Shown: piece by piece, positions 13,999 through 24,864 of the stretch
Layout: the number at the start of each line of letters is the position of its first letter
Position numbering within the stretch: the first letter of the stretch is position 1
Source of the DNA: Lophium mytilinum
Taxonomy: Eukaryota
DNA length: 64,000 nucleotides
Assembly: GCA_010093605.1 (NCBI GenBank)
Contig: MU004190.1
Coordinates: 620,001-684,000 of the forward strand
Reading direction: 5' to 3'
Position numbers and translations under genes: made by a program
The notes under the pieces: generated by a model
The model's database searches: none
Seen by the model: only the letters and a program-made list of their open reading frames with translations
What the model was told of the DNA's origin: nothing

Positions 13999-15017
13999 TG
14001 CCTCGTTTCTGATTTTGGGATAGATGGATGGAGAGGGTCTTGTGGGTGGCAAGGGGTATAGTAGGAGAAAGGAGAAGAGAGAAGGGATAGAAAGCATCTC
14101 GAGGGAGGAAGAAGAGGATATAAGACCCCACGCATGCTCTACCCAGCCCCACGTGGAGCGGTAATATCGGAGGATAAACCCACCATCAGCAGGTGGTAGA
14201 TTGCCCATCACGCGTCCCGCCACCGTGCGGCTGAGGGTCGTGCGCGCGGTTGTGGCGCGATGTCACGCGGGAGTGGCATGACGGCCCGCTGAGCTTATTT
14301 ATCTTGTGGGCACTACGCTTATGTTTCACCAAAACCGTGAACACGAGATGACAAAGTTGTGGGCATATTTGCCTTCATCTGGGAGCTGGTTCAATATCGT
14401 AGTCTGATTTCAGATTTTGTCCTCGTCACGTGCCCAGGACTTCCTTTTGGAGGACAACGGCAAACGGCTTCACCGACCGTGTTTCACCGTTCGTGTTCTG
14501 AAGAATTCGCACGGATCAACAGCTCCACTGAAATCTTCCGGTCATGGCCGCACGTTGCGCCTGACTCAGCTCTCACCGCATCGTCGCTCTGCAATGGCCA
14601 GTAAGCATAGCTGCACTGAGGCGACATGAATAACGGCAATTTACCGCGTAGCCCTAGACAAACTTTTTTTCGTTGCACATCGCTCGGGAAATGGCTCCTG
14701 CTTTCTTATACATCCAAGAAAAGGCTCATCCTCCGATCATCTGGATTTTGCTTAGCCATCGACAGTCTTTACACTGAATCGCCGGCATTTCGACGGCCTA
14801 GAATGATGCTGGGTCGATAGAAACTCAACCTTCAGCATACTCTTCTATTATGTGTCCATCTTTAAGTTCAAAGTCAGAAAGAGACTTTGGTGGGATTTGT
14901 CTTGAGAAACTCGGACCCGATTGACGCTGTTGAAGGTCCTATCCTTACGAGTCAGCATCGCCATCTTCGCGGAGGTCCGAACTTACCCCCCGCCTAGGAG
15001 GGTTTACCTACTTTGCC

Positions 15018-17358
15018 TCACGCAGTGCCCGCCCACTGCGCCCAATTCTCCTCCTCGACGGCATCTGGGATTGCCGTTCCGCGAAAGAGGCTGTCGAAGA
15101 GCGCCACGTCGACGCCCTGCAGGTCCCAGTCATCTTCAGCTCCGAAGAGGGGAAGCTGGTCTTCTTGGATGTTGCCGTTGCTGAAACTGGAGACACTATT
15201 TCCTGGCGGTGGAAGCTGTTCCGGCGGCGTCAGCTGGTCAATATTTATCTCCGTGGTCGGGTCACTGTTATAATCCAGGGGCCCATCAACTTGATTTGCG
15301 GGCAGATAGTCTGGGCTCGATAGCAATAGCTGGTTATGTTGGCCTTGTCGATTGGGGACTAGTGTGTCTGCGCCTAATGTGGCCAAGAGCCTTTGCTCGG
15401 GCGCCGTCGGCGCGGTTGAAACGGACTTCGAGATGGCGCCGCGCTCAAAATTGATGGTGCCAAAGTAGGGGATATGGACGTGCAGCCCCTTGCCGCCACT
15501 AGTCAACTTCCCATAACACTCGAGCTCCTCTTCGTCACCTCTGGAGGAGTTAGTGTTATAGCTGGTTCCGCTGGCGGCGTTAGCCTCGATAGCGAGCAGA
15601 TGGCGGAGGATGCGGGATATTTTCGAGGAGATAGCATCGGTGCCAGCGCGAGCCATAGATTCGAGGATCTCAAGGGTACGCTCCATGATGCCGCGGTCGC
15701 TAGGACGGCTATGGGCAAGGAAGCTGAAAACGGCGCCTGGGTTCGAGTTTTGGCCAAGACCCTGGGACCGGCTGCGGGAGTCAAGATGGGCAAGGCACAA
15801 GACGGTAGTGGAGATGAATGCCAGAAAGTCGGTGCCACGGCAGTAGAAGTGGGCAGGGTTTGAGGTGCGGAAGGCTACAAAGCGGACTAGAGTCTCGCGG
15901 CTGACGGTGACGGCAGTGATCTTGCTGTGATCGTACCTATGGTCGGGCGAGGAGCGTAGCATATAGGGCAAATGCAGCCGTATTAGTAGGTGATAGTGAC
16001 TGAATTGGTCCATGAGGCGAATTGTCTCGTGAAGGACCTCTGTGCCGCCCATATTGCTGGCTGAGAGATCGGGGATTAGCCACCACTGAGGGGGCATCTC
16101 GGCGGCGGCCTTCTGCAACAGCGTGTCGATATCATGGGTTTCGGAGAAGTTGTTTTCGTTGCGCTGTAGGATGCGGTCGGCTAGGGTGCAGTGGATGCGC
16201 TGCATGCGGTCAATGGGCTGGCATCCTTCCAACGACTCTGGAGTCGCGAATCGGACTTCGAGCGAAGTGCACGGTAGACCTAGCATGAGCGAGAGATAGC
16301 GGTCCATTTCAACAAGGCGAAAACAAATTTGGTCCGGATTGAAGATTGCTCGCATTTCTGGTGTGAGGAACTTCAACGACGGCGAATTGAGGCCGCGGTG
16401 GAGCGCCATCATCTGCGCAACAGTAGTCGCTCGGCGCATTGCCATCCAAGCCCTGTGGAGGTTGCCCGCATAGTTCTGGTACTCGGCCTCGATCATGATG
16501 CACTCAATGCCCTCGACGGAGCGAATGAGATCTTCATTGGTGGTTACCAGTCTAATGGCCGATTCGACGACACGAGACATAATATCGCAGGCGCCCAGGT
16601 CTGCCAATTCGTCAATAGCAGAAGGGAGAACGCCTTGAATAAAGGTGCCGAGCACTAGAAGCTTGCGCGCAATCAACACCGGGTGGGAGCCGGGCGGTGG
16701 TAATTTTAGCATTTCCTGGGGCGAGGGCGGGTCCCAGTCCATGGAGCTGGAATATGGTGCGCATATTCCGCCATGAAGATGGGCTGATAGCCCAACGGGG
16801 AGTTTGCAGATGAGGTCCATATCGTGCTGGCTTGGCCATACCGCGATGAGAGCGTGGGACAGTTCCTCATACTTGCCTGCGATATATCTGCCATGGACTG
16901 GTGAAATCGTGGTGGCAGCTGAGGGCCGCTTCAACGTAGGTCTTGGGAGGTTGGACTGGCCCGTATTCAGAACGTGCTTTGGAGGTATTAGAAGAAACAC
17001 GCACCCCTATTCTGCGGCTACTGCAACTTACTGAAGTACCAGTCTCGACTTCGGAAGAGGCCGGTGTTGGAATGCCCGCAGAATAGTCCGAATCAACCAA
17101 GTGCTCGATGAGTCGCTCGACCCTACCAAGGCGAGCCTCTATTGGATTGCTGCTAGTGGAGGGCATAGTAGGCTCCTCGGCGAGCTCTTGGCTGAGGCAT
17201 ACCGACCCGCGTCGCTTGCAATTCTCGCAGACAGCACTGGTAGTCGCAAAGATGCAACGAACCTTGCGCCGCCTACACTCCCAACAGTTTTGGGTACCCT
17301 TGCGAACCTTCCGTCGCTTGGACTCTGGTGCGTCCACCTGGGGGCTCGTTCCGGACAT
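15018..17358 (-). CDS. Zn(II)2Cys6 fungal transcription factor with fungal-specific TF middle domain; intron 16977-17031
   Basis: RKGTQNCWECRRRKVRCIF...CENCKRRGSVC binuclear cluster in exon 1. GTAAGT donor at 17031 and AAG acceptor at 16977 join it in frame to the 660-codon ORF (DRYLSLMLGLP, HYHLLIRLHLPY). Confidence 0.92.
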
Positions 17359-17978
17359 TGCTCACCGCAACCTGCACTTGAAGGACAAATTTCCAAGGAA
17401 TTTGGCGTGCTCGGGTTGGAAAACGATGTTCGCGCACCGAGGCGATGAGGGTTCGGTCGAAGTATACTTTCCTATCAGATTACTAATGCCTCTCGCCTGC
17501 TTCAGCCGAGCTCGGTGGACGAACAATCACGGCGTCCCAGGCTACTCCAAGCCGTCTCTTTGTCTGAGATATCCGCGGAATCATTGATCATCAGCATGCG
17601 TTTTGACAAGGACAATATAAAAGTCGTTCAGCACCCAGAGCATGTCGAGGGAGAGGTATGAGTGATGTGATGTAGTTCAGGGATCGTATGATGTGCAAGA
17701 GAGGATGTCGGGAAAATGTTCGGCCGGGAATCACGTGGCTTGAAATATAGAGCACGTGATGTTTTGTGATATATCGTAACCTTGGAGCATAAGACCTAGG
17801 AACAAGACGATAAAGCGATAGATATCTATCTGTCTGAGCGGCATAGAGACAATGACATTCTGACAATCTCTACATTCTAGCTACTTCGTACTACTTCGCG
17901 AATCTGGTACAGGCAAAGGAAGCCTCCCCGCCCCTTCGAAAATCTCTACTACCACCCAAGAGACATCAAGTTCCCAGC

Positions 17979-19205
17979 CTACTGCTTGCCACGCCAAACC
18001 TCAGACAAGAACTCTTCGGGATCAGCGAACTTGTAGTCCGGCAGCAACTTGTTCCACTCATCCGAGCAAGTATAAGCTTTGGCGGAGATAGCCAACAAGC
18101 AACCCGCGACGATGATTCTCGAGAACATGTCCACCTGCTCGACCGGAATAGACGGGTGGTCGAGTCTCGGAATCCAAGACGTCTTCCACTCCCCGCTTCC
18201 AAGCTCACTGATTTTCAATTTCTCAATCTCAAAGGGTGCGCCTGGTTCGTTAAATGTCAGCGAATATGTAAGACTCATTGAGGGAGCTGCACGAACCGCG
18301 GATCTTCTCTCCTAGAGCGATGACTTCCTTGACGGACAAGTCGGCGCCTCTGATGCCACTAACGACTGGCCACTCGCCTTCAAAATCGATCGCTCTAGCG
18401 ACCACGTTGGCGAGATCCTGCACTGAAGTGAGAGTCACACGGTCGTCATCCCCGCCGTCCACGACGAGAGCTCGGCGGTTCTTGAAGTCGAAGGGGATTT
18501 CCATTGCGTGGACGTGTTTGGACGACTTATATGGGCTTGTCAAATAGTTCAAGAACAAGCCTGGCTGAAAGAGGGTGTATTCGAGAACCTATTGGTGGGG
18601 CCTTGTGTCAGCATTTTGATGAGTCTCAGGGTTCCTTGCAATCTACCTTCTTATCCTTATTCAGCTCTTTCAGGTATTGGCGAGCTTCTGCCTTGTACGC
18701 GTACCAGCTCAGGTGCTCCAGGCCGGACCTGTCCGAGGTCAGTACTTGAAATAACATCAGGGGTGGCGATTACTCACGTGGCCCACTCGCTGGGTGCGAA
18801 CCGCTTCACACTCGCTTCAATTGAAGCATCAATGAGATTCTTCTGGATAGTTCCTGCTGATTCTCCCATAGGAGAGACGAACGAGAGTAAAGTGTGCACT
18901 CCCTGCAGGATTTCCGCCAACTGCTTCGTGTCATCGTAGTTTGCCGTGACCCATGTTACACCCGGGATGGACGAGCCAGCCGGAGCATCCTGTACAAACT
19001 ACTTAGCTGCAATGATCCAGCCATGCTAAGATAATACACGAACCTTCCTAGATAGAAGCAAAATCTCGTGCTTCTTAGATGCAACGAGGACATCGATGAT
19101 CTCCTGTGCAACGTCTGCCGAGCCATTATTATGACTGTAGATGAGAGATAAATGGCCGGTGAAGAACTCACTGCCGGAGCCGCCTGCAATAGCAATCTTG
19201 ACCAT
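17979..19205 (-). CDS. NmrA-like / isoflavone-reductase-like NAD(P)-binding oxidoreductase; multi-exon
   Basis: MVKIAIAGGSG Rossmann start, QKNLIDASIEASVKRFAPSEW, VTLTSVQDLANVVARAID and C-terminal EEFLSEVW. Several short GT-AG introns. Confidence 0.85.
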
Positions 19206-19946
19206 GTTTACTCGACGGAGATTGTAGGTCTTGCGTCTGCTACTTGGGACTTCTGAGATGGAGAGAGTGAAATTGAACGTTAACAAATGCGTCTATGATG
19301 CCTTTAAAGCTATGAGGAATGAGTACAGAGCTGCTGTGAGAGTTGTCGTTCTTTGTTGCTGCGTGCGAGCTGTTCTATATAGTGCTCTCAGCCGGGGTTT
19401 CGGCCGAATAGATGTACCACCAAAAAGGTACCAATGCTTTCGCTGAACTTGCGGACATACCACTCTGAGACCATTAATATTTGTAAGCTCTGCACCTGGA
19501 TACCTTTCCGCAAATCAGGTCGGGGTGAACTTCCAACACGATGCCTCCAATGCCCTTCATATTGAATATGGATTCCCACCGACTTTTCGGCCTTGGCGGG
19601 AAGTCATTTTATACGAATGATAGTCATGTATTGCGTCCCATCCTTTCATAATCGCGCAGTGAAGGCGGGCAGTTCCCCACATGCTTGTCAAATCCAGTAT
19701 CAGGCCGTTGCAGAATAGAGAATGAACGAGAACCCTCATTCAGGGAGGCTCTTCATTCAGCTGTGTAATCATAGATTCTTAGGCTACTAAAGTATCATTA
19801 ACGAAAACGTGTATTGATGGCGAGCTTCAAGACCAATGAATTATAACCGAGACGCACGCTGGAAAGAGTGCAAGCTGATGAAAAGTCACCAGGGAAAGGC
19901 GTTAGAAAGGTCCGAGTCGCCAAGACATGCGTTCGCCTGCAAGGTC

Positions 19947-21545
19947 TCAATCCCAGAATAAGTGGTCATAGCGACGCCAATCAACGCAGGACGAATCATT
20001 CCAGTCGAGTTCCAAGCCCATGTCTTTAAAGGAACGCGCGAGCTCCTGCTCTCTATCTGTCGGTTCAATCGGACACGGATCGTCGCCTACTGCCGCAACC
20101 TTCGTTAGGTTCGGCAGCTTGTCATGGGCGCACAACCGGAGGCGCTCGAAGCTCTCGGATACGGTGTCATATGTTCTGTCGTCAGAGTCCTTGGCATCTA
20201 GTTCCAGGATGGAGAGGGAAGTTGGAAGAATGTCTTCTATTGAAGCCGCACGAATCGGATACGGAGCCATTGAATCGATATCATCGTAGTATTCTTCGTC
20301 AAACTCTTCGTCATCTTCTGGTTCCTGTGCAAAGAGTGCTCTCAACGGAACTTTTAGGTGAGTTAAAGTGCTGAAGTGCGTAAACGATAAGACTGGCCAG
20401 ACGCGATATGCGATTTGTTCAACTTTTTCCTCGTCTTCGAGATCCTCAAAGCTCCATTCCAAACTAAGGTATTCTAGAGTATCCTTTGCCGGTTGCAGAA
20501 TGTTGATGATATCTCGCCATCGACGGGGAGGCTGTTGCTCCGCGCAGGTGTTAATACACAAAGTGAAGGACTTCAGTACTTTACAGGAACGGACCAAAGT
20601 GGATAGCTGATCAGAGTCCACCAAAGTCTGTTTCAATACTAGCTTGGTGATTGAAGCTGTCTGAGGCCTGAATATATCAACTGATAAAGACACTTCGCCG
20701 CATCCCTCTACGTGGAATATCCTCAACGAAGGCATGTTCCAGAAAAAGTCAAGGTCGTTAAGATCGTGATCGTACGGCGGGGCTGCGTAGTCGCAGTGGG
20801 ACCCGGTGATGCTTAGCGTTTCCAATGCCGGCAGGTTTGGGCGTATTGGGTACAGGCTCGCTTGCAATGGTAGCATTATGGAGCCGATGGGATCTTTGCT
20901 TTCCGATCCCCAGTCGTCTTCGTCACAGATAGCTACATTGAGGTGTCTAAGATTTGGGGTCAGGTTCGCAAACGTGAGAACTTGTGCAGGTGGACAGTAT
21001 TGACCGGCATATCTCGAATGGAGTTCTTGAAAGCTCACACAGGTTGAGTAACCGGCGGGATGGAACTTGAATGCAGGACGTTGGTGGTTGGAGCTTGTCA
21101 TGCTCAATATGAAGCCATCAGCAGGTGTGTACGCAGTCTCGCATCCTCCTACGCAGATTTGTTCGCCGCAATGGCCAATTGTAAACTCAAGCCTCTCGAC
21201 TTTAGCGGCCAGGTCTGGGCGGGAGGAAAACGTCCGCAAAAGTAGCGCCCAGCTGATGTCCTTGAGATCCACCATCGAAAGAGCTATACGTTTGTACATG
21301 TGACGTTCCATCTCCTCGTTGAAGATCCTGGCGACCTGGGAGAAGGCGGCGGCGTCTCGTGCATTCGGCAGCCAGGAAGCAATCTCCCCAATCATCTCTT
21401 TTGGAAGGTTTGCGAGGTAGACGTGGGTAGAGGTGGAAGCAGCTACGCTCTGTTGTAAAAGGTCATCCGGAGAGCATCGAGGAATCGGGGTGCCGTGCTC
21501 GTTGGCATTGCCGTCACTGTCCTGCCTTGTGCGTTTGAGCGACAT
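19947..21545 (-). CDS. F-box domain protein with LRR-like C-terminal region
   Basis: F-box-like LANLPKEMIGEIASWLP...AAFSQVARIF, LLLRTFSSRPDLAAKVERL, and repeated LxxLxL motifs (LRHLNV, LETLSI, ITKLVL, LKSFTL, LEYLSL, LTHLKV). 532-codon intact ORF. Confidence 0.75.
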   Translation of the reverse strand: MSLKRTRQDSDGNANEHGTPIPRCSPDDLLQQSVAASTSTHVYLANLPKEMIGEIASWLPNARDAAAFSQVARIFNEEMERHMYKRIALSMVDLKDISWALLLRTFSSRPDLAAKVERLEFTIGHCGEQICVGGCETAYTPADGFILSMTSSNHQRPAFKFHPAGYSTCVSFQELHSRYAGQYCPPAQVLTFANLTPNLRHLNVAICDEDDWGSESKDPIGSIMLPLQASLYPIRPNLPALETLSITGSHCDYAAPPYDHDLNDLDFFWNMPSLRIFHVEGCGEVSLSVDIFRPQTASITKLVLKQTLVDSDQLSTLVRSCKVLKSFTLCINTCAEQQPPRRWRDIINILQPAKDTLEYLSLEWSFEDLEDEEKVEQIAYRVWPVLSFTHFSTLTHLKVPLRALFAQEPEDDEEFDEEYYDDIDSMAPYPIRAASIEDILPTSLSILELDAKDSDDRTYDTVSESFERLRLCAHDKLPNLTKVAAVGDDPCPIEPTDREQELARSFKDMGLELDWNDSSCVDWRRYDHLFWD

Positions 21546-22160
21546 CTCGAACAGATACTACTGGAGTACGTTAGAATAATGCTTTACCCAAGAGTGAAGC
21601 GCATTGGAGAAACACAGGGATTCTACTTACCAGAAGAGTCTAACTAGACGCTGTGGTGTTAGCTGGGGTTGATCCGATGGTTGTTGAGAGCAGAGGAGAA
21701 TCAGGTAGACGATTGAATCGCGTCGCGTATTTTCAAGCTACCGACTCAAACGGAATGGCCTCATCGCCTGCGCACGTGACTTAAATATATCAACTCACCT
21801 CGTATGTTGTGTAAGGATTCAACTCAAAGAACGTTTAGTCAGTGTGCAAGTATTGAAAGCCTTGTAGTCTTCGAGGAATTCCCCCAAACTCATATTTCCT
21901 TTCCCTTCGACTCCCTATCCAAAACTCCCTTTGCTTCGAGACTTGGAAACCAAGGGATAAGATCGTTGATTTTTATGAACCTTATATGGTAGACACGAGA
22001 AAGATGAATATTCTTTCCATCCCTAGGACTAATCCCCAAAATCTATCATGACGCTAAATTGCAAACCGCACATCCACACAAATGTGTCATCTCTGAACCT
22101 CACCCGCAGCCATAGCACAACACTTCCCAGCACATCCATAGGTACCACCACCCTTCACCA

Positions 22161-23224
22161 CTACGGCGCCCTCTCCAACTCACCCACCCCCTCCGGCTTC
22201 GGCCACGGATACCCATCCGGAAACTTCTCACCTGGCCTCCTCTCCCGATCCCACCCCAACAGCCCCTCATAGCTCCTGCACTCATGCTTCGTATTGAAAT
22301 ACGGGTACGGCCCGCTGACCCCCTTGACCCATCGGAAAGTCACTAAAGAGGCGTCGGCGGTGCACATGAGCCGGTTGCGGAGCACGTCGACGCAGTGCTC
22401 GAAGTGGGCTTCGGTGATGTTGGGTTCGGTGGCGAGTTTGGTCGCGAGGACGGGAAAGAGGTGGCGGAGGTGGGGTTTGGTGTTCCAGTGGCTGTGTCGT
22501 GTTAGGGTTTTGTATACTGTGGGTTTGTTTTGAGGTAGGGGAGGGAGGCGACGCACTGGTCTTCCCATAGCGCTTGCAGGCAGTGGAGTTGGTGGGCGGA
22601 TTCAAGGTAGGCTACGTAACCCTGCGGCAGAGAAACAATTATTAGCGGAATCCAACATGGTCGTCAAGAGTAATAATATAACCAAACGATAAATAGGTTG
22701 AAGACTGAGTGGTGAACATAGAGAATGGGTTGGCAACTCACCCCGCCAAACTCCTCCGGATACTGCACCGCATCCGTCGAAAGCTCTAGCCCCTCAATTT
22801 CCTCCCTCGTGATATTCAGCGGCCCAGTATGGGTAATGCGATGCCATCTTGCGAGGATCTCTTCGGTTGGTGGGCCTTTGTATGGAGAGTCTTCCCAAAA
22901 TGAGTTCTGAAATATCTCCGTGTGCGAAGTGTCACCCAGCGCCTCGTCGGCTGGTGTCCATACACCCTGCGTTTTACTTTTGTGCTCTGGCTTTGTGTCT
23001 CCCTTCGTGATGTCTCGCAAGATGAGGTTGAGTATCAGACCGAAGATGATGAGGACGCTGATCACGTGAGTTGTCCAGTGGACGATGTTGGCGGAAATGG
23101 AGTGCTTCCGCCGATTGGAAAATTGCGGAGATTGGAGTTTCTCGAAATCTGAGGAGGAAGATATCATTGCGGCAGATTCGCTGTCGGACTCTTGGGAGTT
23201 GACGGGGAAGTATGTGGGCGCCAT
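22161..23224 (-). CDS. UstYa-family (DUF3328) oxidase, 292 aa; join(23224..22742, 22621..22557, 22491..22161)
   Basis: N-terminal TM helix (VISVLIIFGLILNLIL), SPYKGPPT...ARW, GYVAYLESAHQLHCL and AHFEHCVDVLRNRLMCTAD (two HxxHC motifs), then FNTKHECR. Introns 22622-22741 (GTGAGT..GCTAAT..CAG) and 22492-22556 (GTGCGT..CTAAC..CAG) give an 879-nt open frame. Confidence 0.95.
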
Positions 23225-24196
23225 GGCTGTGGAGGCGAAGATGGAAGGGAGAGGGAGGACAGTGAGGTCTCGGCTCTTAGAGCGGAAACGGGCGTGTATA
23301 TCTCTACCCGGGAAAATAATAATGGAGAGTAGTACAAACATGGAAGTAGAAAAAAGCTTTACGACCTCCGACTAAAGCTTAAGCCACGAATATCCCGCAT
23401 GCGGGGATAAGATATTGCAAAGCAAGACGAACCGGGTAATATTTCATGTGTCCAATGGAATTTTCTAGGGCGGAGGAATCTAACCGAAATGAATCTTGAG
23501 ATATGGTTGTTCCACAAGCCTAATTCGGAAGCTGCCTATAAAAGATCGACGGCTGACCATCGCCACTCGACCGAGGTCCGGACCGGGAAGGTGAATAGTC
23601 GTATAACGTTGCTCAAACTTCGGAGAGCCAACGACTGCGTTACTTCGAAGACGCCGTCAGCTTATCAATCTTCGGCTTTGAATAGTATACCGTGTATATT
23701 TCGAGAATACGATTGTAAATTGATCACGGGCCAATTGTTGATGCCGCAAAAGGAAGGCGTAAGATTACCGGACCTGCACAGCTATCTGAAGGTTTCTGAT
23801 GCCATATGTCGTATGTGGATACACGTTCCTTGTGGAGAAGACGATAGCAAGGGATGGGAGGTTTAAATAGCCAGTAGAGCTTGTTTCTCGTGTTGCATCC
23901 CGCTATGATTGGTGTGGTCAGGCGATCCTTGTGGACTTGCACGAGTGCACAATGTGGTACCTTCCACATCTGCACAAGAATGCGACGGAAAAGAAGATGC
24001 TAGATGCTCAAAGTCAAGACCCGCGAGCGGAGCAAACATGCGAACCTGGTAAATGGGTTTCTCGTGAGTAATACAATCCGTGCTCAGAAGGTAGGTAATC
24101 CTTCGGACCGGCATCGCGAACGAACCTCTAAAAGCAGAGATTCCCACCACTTCTCAATCACACATATTCAAAACAATTCGACGACGATAACTCAAG
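23225..24196. promoter_or_regulatory. Shared divergent promoter region of the DUF3328 oxidase and the repeat precursor
   Basis: About 970 bp between the two head-to-head ATGs (23224 minus, 24197 plus). Contains the near-perfect inverted repeat TATCCCGCATGCGGGGATA at 23391-23409. Confidence 0.6.
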
Positions 24197-24864
24197 ATGC
24201 TTTTCAAGTCTTCCGTTGCCGTGGCGGTTCTATGCAGCTCTGTCGCTATTTTGGCGGCACCTGTAGCCAGTACGTCATTCTTTGGTCACTGAGACTTGTG
24301 CAGGCATACTAGAAGGACTTAACATTAACCAGTTGTGTAGAAGATGCACTTGAGTTCGCCGGCGCTTCGTACAGCCACTTGTATAAGGAGGCCGAGGATG
24401 CCGAAGTAGCGAAGCGCGATGCCAAACCTGAAGACGCACTCGAGTTTGCGGGTGCTTCGTACAGTCGTCTGTACAAGGAAGCTAAGGATGCTGAAGCTGC
24501 CAAGCGTGACGCCAAACCTGAAGACGCGCTTGAATTCGCCGGTGCTTCCTACAGCCACCTCTACAAGGAAGCGAAGGACGCCGAAGTCGCGAAGCGTGAA
24601 GCCAAGCCTGAAGACGCTCTCGAGTTTGCTGGTGCCTCCTACAGTCATCTGTACAAGGAGGCAAAGGACGCTGAGGTTGCCAAGCGTGAAGCCAAACCCG
24701 AAGACGCTCTCGAGTTTGCCGGTGCTTCATACAGTCACCTATACAAAGAGGCCAAGGACGCCGAAGCCTCAAAGCGCGATGCCAAACCCAAAGACGCCCT
24801 TGAGTTCGCCGGCGCTTCATACAGCCACCTGTACAAGGAGGCCAAGGATGCCGGAGCAGCCTAA
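24197..24864 (+). CDS. Secreted Kex2-processed repeat protein (KEP), candidate RiPP precursor, 198 aa; join(24197..24269, 24341..24864)
   Basis: Signal-peptide-like MLFKSSVAVAVLCSSVAILAAPVA. Phase-1 intron 24270-24340 (GTACGT..TTAAC..TAG). Then six repeats of DALEFAGASYS[H/R]LYKEA[K/E]DA, separated by five KR sites. Confidence 0.95.
24343..24861 (+). repeat. Coding tandem repeat, 6 units with a 90-nt period
   Basis: DALEF codons start at 24343, 24433, 24523, 24613, 24703 and 24793. Confidence 0.95.

Noticed and set aside
24343..24861. The 90-nt repeat as a CRISPR array or non-coding satellite
   Set aside because: The context is eukaryotic, there are no unique spacers, and variation is concentrated at synonymous codon positions.
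24197..24864. The repeat protein as an alpha-factor-type mating pheromone precursor
   Set aside because: It shares the KR and X-A/X-P processing signals, but the core lacks the WCxxxGQPCW-like pattern of Pezizomycotina alpha pheromones, and the gene is paired with a DUF3328 oxidase.
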